DNA from: Ylistrum balloti
Lineage: Eukaryota
DNA: 64,000 nt
NCBI RefSeq assembly: GCF_031769215.1
Contig: NW_026782274.1
Location: 496,001-560,000, forward strand
Reading direction: 5' to 3'
Shown: piece after piece, positions 59,779 through 64,000 of the stretch
How positions within the stretch are numbered: position 1 is the first letter of the stretch
Layout of the letters: the number at the start of each line of letters is the position of its first letter
The notes under the pieces: generated by a model
What the model saw: the letters and a program-made list of their open reading frames with translations, nothing else
What the model was told of the DNA's origin: nothing
The model's database searches: none
Position numbers and translations under genes: made by a program

Positions 59779-62700
59779 TCAAGAATGAAGTCTCTGCTTG
59801 AGCATTTCAATGATTTGTAGAATGGCTTGTTTGTCTGAATCATTGGGGTCACGTTTCAGGAACGTCTCAAAGTGATGAACAACTTTACGGGTTAGGTCCC
59901 TTTTATTGTAGTCATGGGATATATGTAGCATTTTTTCACAGGCCAGAGCATAGTTCTTGTGCCAGTAGGCTGGGAAACCAGGGCTGTTATCCATGGCTTC
60001 TGTGTACAACTGTGAGGCAGAAAAATGAAAATTACACATGAAAACTTTTCACTTTTTTGAGATACTTCTACTCAGACTAATACAATGTTTACATTTAGGT
60101 CTATTATACCTTTCCAGTTACAGAGTGGTTCTGTCTGGTCATGTGTCAAATTAGACTTTGAGTTGGATATTCCACAAAAAAAAAACGAATAAACACCAGT
60201 GTATTTATTTTACCTGGTAGGAGGAAAGGAGTGCTTCATTTCTTTCTTTTTCATTATCTAAGGCCTGGGATCTGTCATAAAGGAAATATGCCGTGCTGAT
60301 TCTGTAATGAGAGATATCTGAGTATCACAACCTCAAACAGATTTATACATTTCCAAAATCTGTGCAAAGTGACTGTTGAACTTTTTACTATCCAAAAACC
60401 TGTGTATTAAGACCTGTTTTAGAGATTCCAGCAACATCATGAAGTTTAATGGACAAGGTGAACACAGGAAACTGAATTACTTACCCTCGAAGTTAGAACA
60501 TCTCAGTCTCCCACACTTAGCATCTATTTATTTCTATTTCTACCATATCACACAGCAGACTTACTTGGCATTCCACATCTCATCAGTTGCCACACGTTCC
60601 CAAGAGGTTTCCAAAAATCTGCAAAATAAAATATTCAAATTTACTTCAAATCTGACTTTTGTTTAATCTGAGATTATTGACTACCGTGAAAATTTCAAAA
60701 TCATAATTCTCCATTAAAAGTTAAAAAGAAATATCTTAATGAAAATATTGATTTAAACCACAGAACTAAGATCAAAACCACCATTTCAACACTGAATAAA
60801 AATTTACTTTCTCATACAAGGTTCAGGGATCCAAAAGGACATAATCAAATACAAGTCATAAGTCTCACCTTACTCAATGTACATAAGAAAGTGCTCAAAT
60901 TATGGTATTCTCATAAATAATTTTCATACCCGCCAGGTGGGTGAGTCCAGTTCTGTGCGATTTTCCTAGCAGATGTGATGTGTGCTGCCAGGTCAAATGT
61001 TGCCCCTTTCCTCACAAGCTTACTGCACACACCATAGGGTACCAAAGTGTAACCAGCTTGCCAGGAGGTCTCGTGGTCCTGGACTCCAATACAGGCGAAT
61101 ATTGGGGCTCTACAGAGGGGAGAAATACAAAAACTTCATCAGAAATGAGTAGAAACATATTAACATACACAGCATTTGTCAAATCATGAATTTGGGAATA
61201 TGACTGAAGAGATACTGCATAATGGTAAATTCTCCCTCCAAGTTATTTTCACTCCAGTCTTATTATACATGAATTCCTTTGATGCTCATTTTGCCCATTG
61301 AGGCTTATATAAAGGTGTTTTATAAATGTAACAAATTTTCGCTTCAATCTTAAATTCACTGTCCCACTCCACAGACAAAAAGGTGAATAATTAATGAGGA
61401 TAAACATTTCACGGTATACAGTAATGTCTGAAGAGGTAAATTCAAGAAATCTAAGTGATTTACATTAGTATTGAATGAACTGAAAATAAGCACTGAATGG
61501 GGAACATTTTGATATAACTTACATAAGTACATTGACTCTGATACCTACTGATTGTAATTGACATCAAGAAATCTCTGGAATGTAAAAGAAATTCTGCCAT
61601 CCTTTCTCCTGCTGTTGGTCAAATGAAACATGTCCCCAGGAAATGTGATCCCAGGCATTGTCCATCCTAGCATGGGAACTGACCATTCGTAAGTCAAGAT
61701 CTGTAAAGGATAAGTCAAGGAATATAAACTCTCATATACTGAAACTTTTGTCTAAAGCAGGAAGTAATGAGTTAAGGAGATAATCTTAGCAATGAGTTAC
61801 TGTGAACTAGATTGTCATATTATCTATGGGGGAAGATCACATTTTTTTTATCAAATTTTTTATATTTGAATTAAAATTAACTTCCAAATTATAAAAACAT
61901 ATTACCTCCTGATCAAATATTTGAATGTCATGCCTTATGTTTTCACACAAACGTAAATATCTGGAAAGGAAAAAGAAAAGAAACAATTATATTAAAGGTT
62001 AAAGATGAGACATCATACATACCCAAAAAAAGAGCTTAGTTTCACACTTCAATCTATTCTGCACACCAGCATATGTGCTTCTATATATATTCTGATCATA
62101 ATCTTAGATGAAATGATACACATCAGATCACCTCCACTGGTATATCACTGGATTACATTACAAGAGCCTGAATTTTTCATCTGCTATAGTGCAGGTACAT
62201 ATAAATCAGTTTTATTTTATTGCTTAATTTTGTCATTACTTATATTGCTGAAACATTTTCTCTATATATGATGTGTGATCACTTACTACATCACCCCGAC
62301 AACCATTCTAAATCATCATGACACATGTTTAGCCTACATCAATGCTTTGTCGGAATATTAAGTGGTCCATCAACACATGATCTACCTGAAAGTATTTGAA
62401 GGCAAGTCCCCCTTGGTAAGTATAATGGCATTTGGAGGCATGTTCGTCAGGATATCTTCTCCAAACTCATGAATGACCCAGTTCCCACTTTGGTCACTCA
62501 CATGATAATGACGTTGCTATAGTGATGATATATAAACAGTTTCGTTATCCATAAAAAGTATTAATAAATGCATCATGAACTTCAAACTTATCATCATTGC
62601 ATAAATTTTATATGAGCTGAGATTAAGCACTGTGATTTATTGTTAAAAGACAACATTACATTAAGCAGAATATGATATTAAGCATATTGACAATAAGTGA

Positions 62701-63520
62701 AGTACTGTACACAGGAGATAAGTCAACATTGATCAGAATCAGAACTCATATTCATGAATCAAAACACTGAAATCGGTCCTAGTTTCCACTAACTGGAAAA
62801 TGACACTATGTTGTAGTGATTGACAATAAGTATTTCACATCTTTAGATTTGTTGCCTGATATCAAACATGCTTTCATAAAATTAGTTTATTTGTGGTTTG
62901 CTATATGTAAAAACAGTATAGAATATACAATAAATAATATTTTATTTTCGCAGAAAAATCAAACATCCTTAATTTAGTAAATTAATATTTCTATTTTTTC
63001 TTTAAGCTCTGGATAGAAGGTATCTAGATTGGAAGGTTGAAGTATATGTTCTTCTGTGATATTTTAATTATGTTGCTCTACATATTTATAAAAAATACAC
63101 CAAAACAATCCACAAGGACAATATCCTAAGCAGTTTGACTTACCAACTGGAAAACAGACAACAGAAGAGCTACAAGTAAGTCTGGTCTTGTGTTCTCAAA
63201 GAAGGCTTTGTTCATCTTTGTAAACCAGAAAAAGTAGCTGAAGCAAAAAAATAAACCATATATACTTTTCAATGCGCTTCACTAGGAAAGGTGAATATGT
63301 CTATAATTATATTTTTGTTGTTAAACAATTTTAAAAAAAAAAGTTCATATTTTTATTTTAATATGAGTAAGTACTGTATGTATACTGCCAGTTTGTTAAT
63401 AGGAGGTAAAGAAACAATAATCTATTATTGCATAGATATAACATACTTAATGACATCACTGTATGCTACTGCTGCAATAGTTATGACAATCAGATCACTC
63501 TGCATCCAGAATCTTTCCAC
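59779..63520 (-). CDS. TMEM260: TMEM260 protein O-mannosyltransferase, 3' part (continues beyond the window). Exons 63520-63447, 63237-63144, 62516-62386, 61960-61906, 61700-61549, 61109-60930, 60618-60565, 60301-60214, 60009-59779
   Basis: VERFWMQS, MPPNAIILTKGDLPSNTFRY, DQE/LTYEW, SWERVATDEMW, WHKNYALACEKM match the TMEM260 C-terminal half as I recall it. Exons in phase (1059 nt). Confidence 0.92.
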
Positions 63521-64000
63521 CTGTGATGAAAATATAGAACTGTTTTTAAAAAGTTATTCCTAGTTTTCAAAGCTATGACATACGAAATATGACCAGTGAG
63601 CTATGGATTTCTAAATAATAATTCTATGTGCAACTATGTTTATTGAATATTTTAAAAGCAGAAAATTTACTGATAACATGATGGTCAATTAGAAAGAGAG
63701 AAATATGAATCAAGTGATTGAGGTGAACATTAAGTCAAATACACCATAGCCAGGCTCTGTTAATTACAACTGTTTATATCGTTTATATCCAAGAAAGATG
63801 TAGATATTTATCTAATATGTAATGCATTAATTCACCATTGGATGAGGCCAAATTCACCTCACAAAACTTAGAAGTACATATTTATAAAATGACTAGATAT
63901 CATCAGTATCAATATATACATTCAGGACATACAACCCCTGGATATAGATATTATTGTTATCATGTTTCCTACTGATAACAGCGTTTTTGTATGTGTGATA

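Overview
AT-rich, intron-containing animal genomic DNA; repeat style and gene content suggest a mollusc, probably a bivalve (inference). The left 36 kb is a compact small-molecule biosynthetic gene cluster. It holds the 3' two-thirds of a CYP4-clan P450 (+, 193-5204), a full-length flavin monooxygenase (-, 6369-8226), a decayed L1-type LINE, an intronless SAM-dependent enzyme resembling the nocardicin 3-amino-3-carboxypropyltransferase Nat (-, 16840-18039) head-to-head with a divergent 6-exon P450 (+, 18631-23234), and an intronless 1669-aa monomodular NRPS (+, 31259-36268). The NRPS architecture is formyltransferase, relic condensation lobe, adenylation, carrier, terminal reductase. Its A-domain code, read by hand, is DASTVAAVCK (tyrosine type). 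Together the enzymes predict N-formyl-tyrosinol, then its phenolic homoserine ether, then an O-(2-cyanoethyl), beta-hydroxylated product. That matches the mollusc bursatellin/oxazinin chemistry. I recall that the NRPS (FmtATR) and ACT steps of that pathway have been described, so the most novel element is the co-clustered FMO plus two P450s as candidates for nitrile formation and beta-hydroxylation. The right part is ordinary: ZNRD2/SSSCA1, an uncharacterised 5-exon gene with an intronic RTE LINE, a hAT-type MITE, minisatellites and the 3' exons of TMEM260. All gene models were spliced by eye; no database searches were run.
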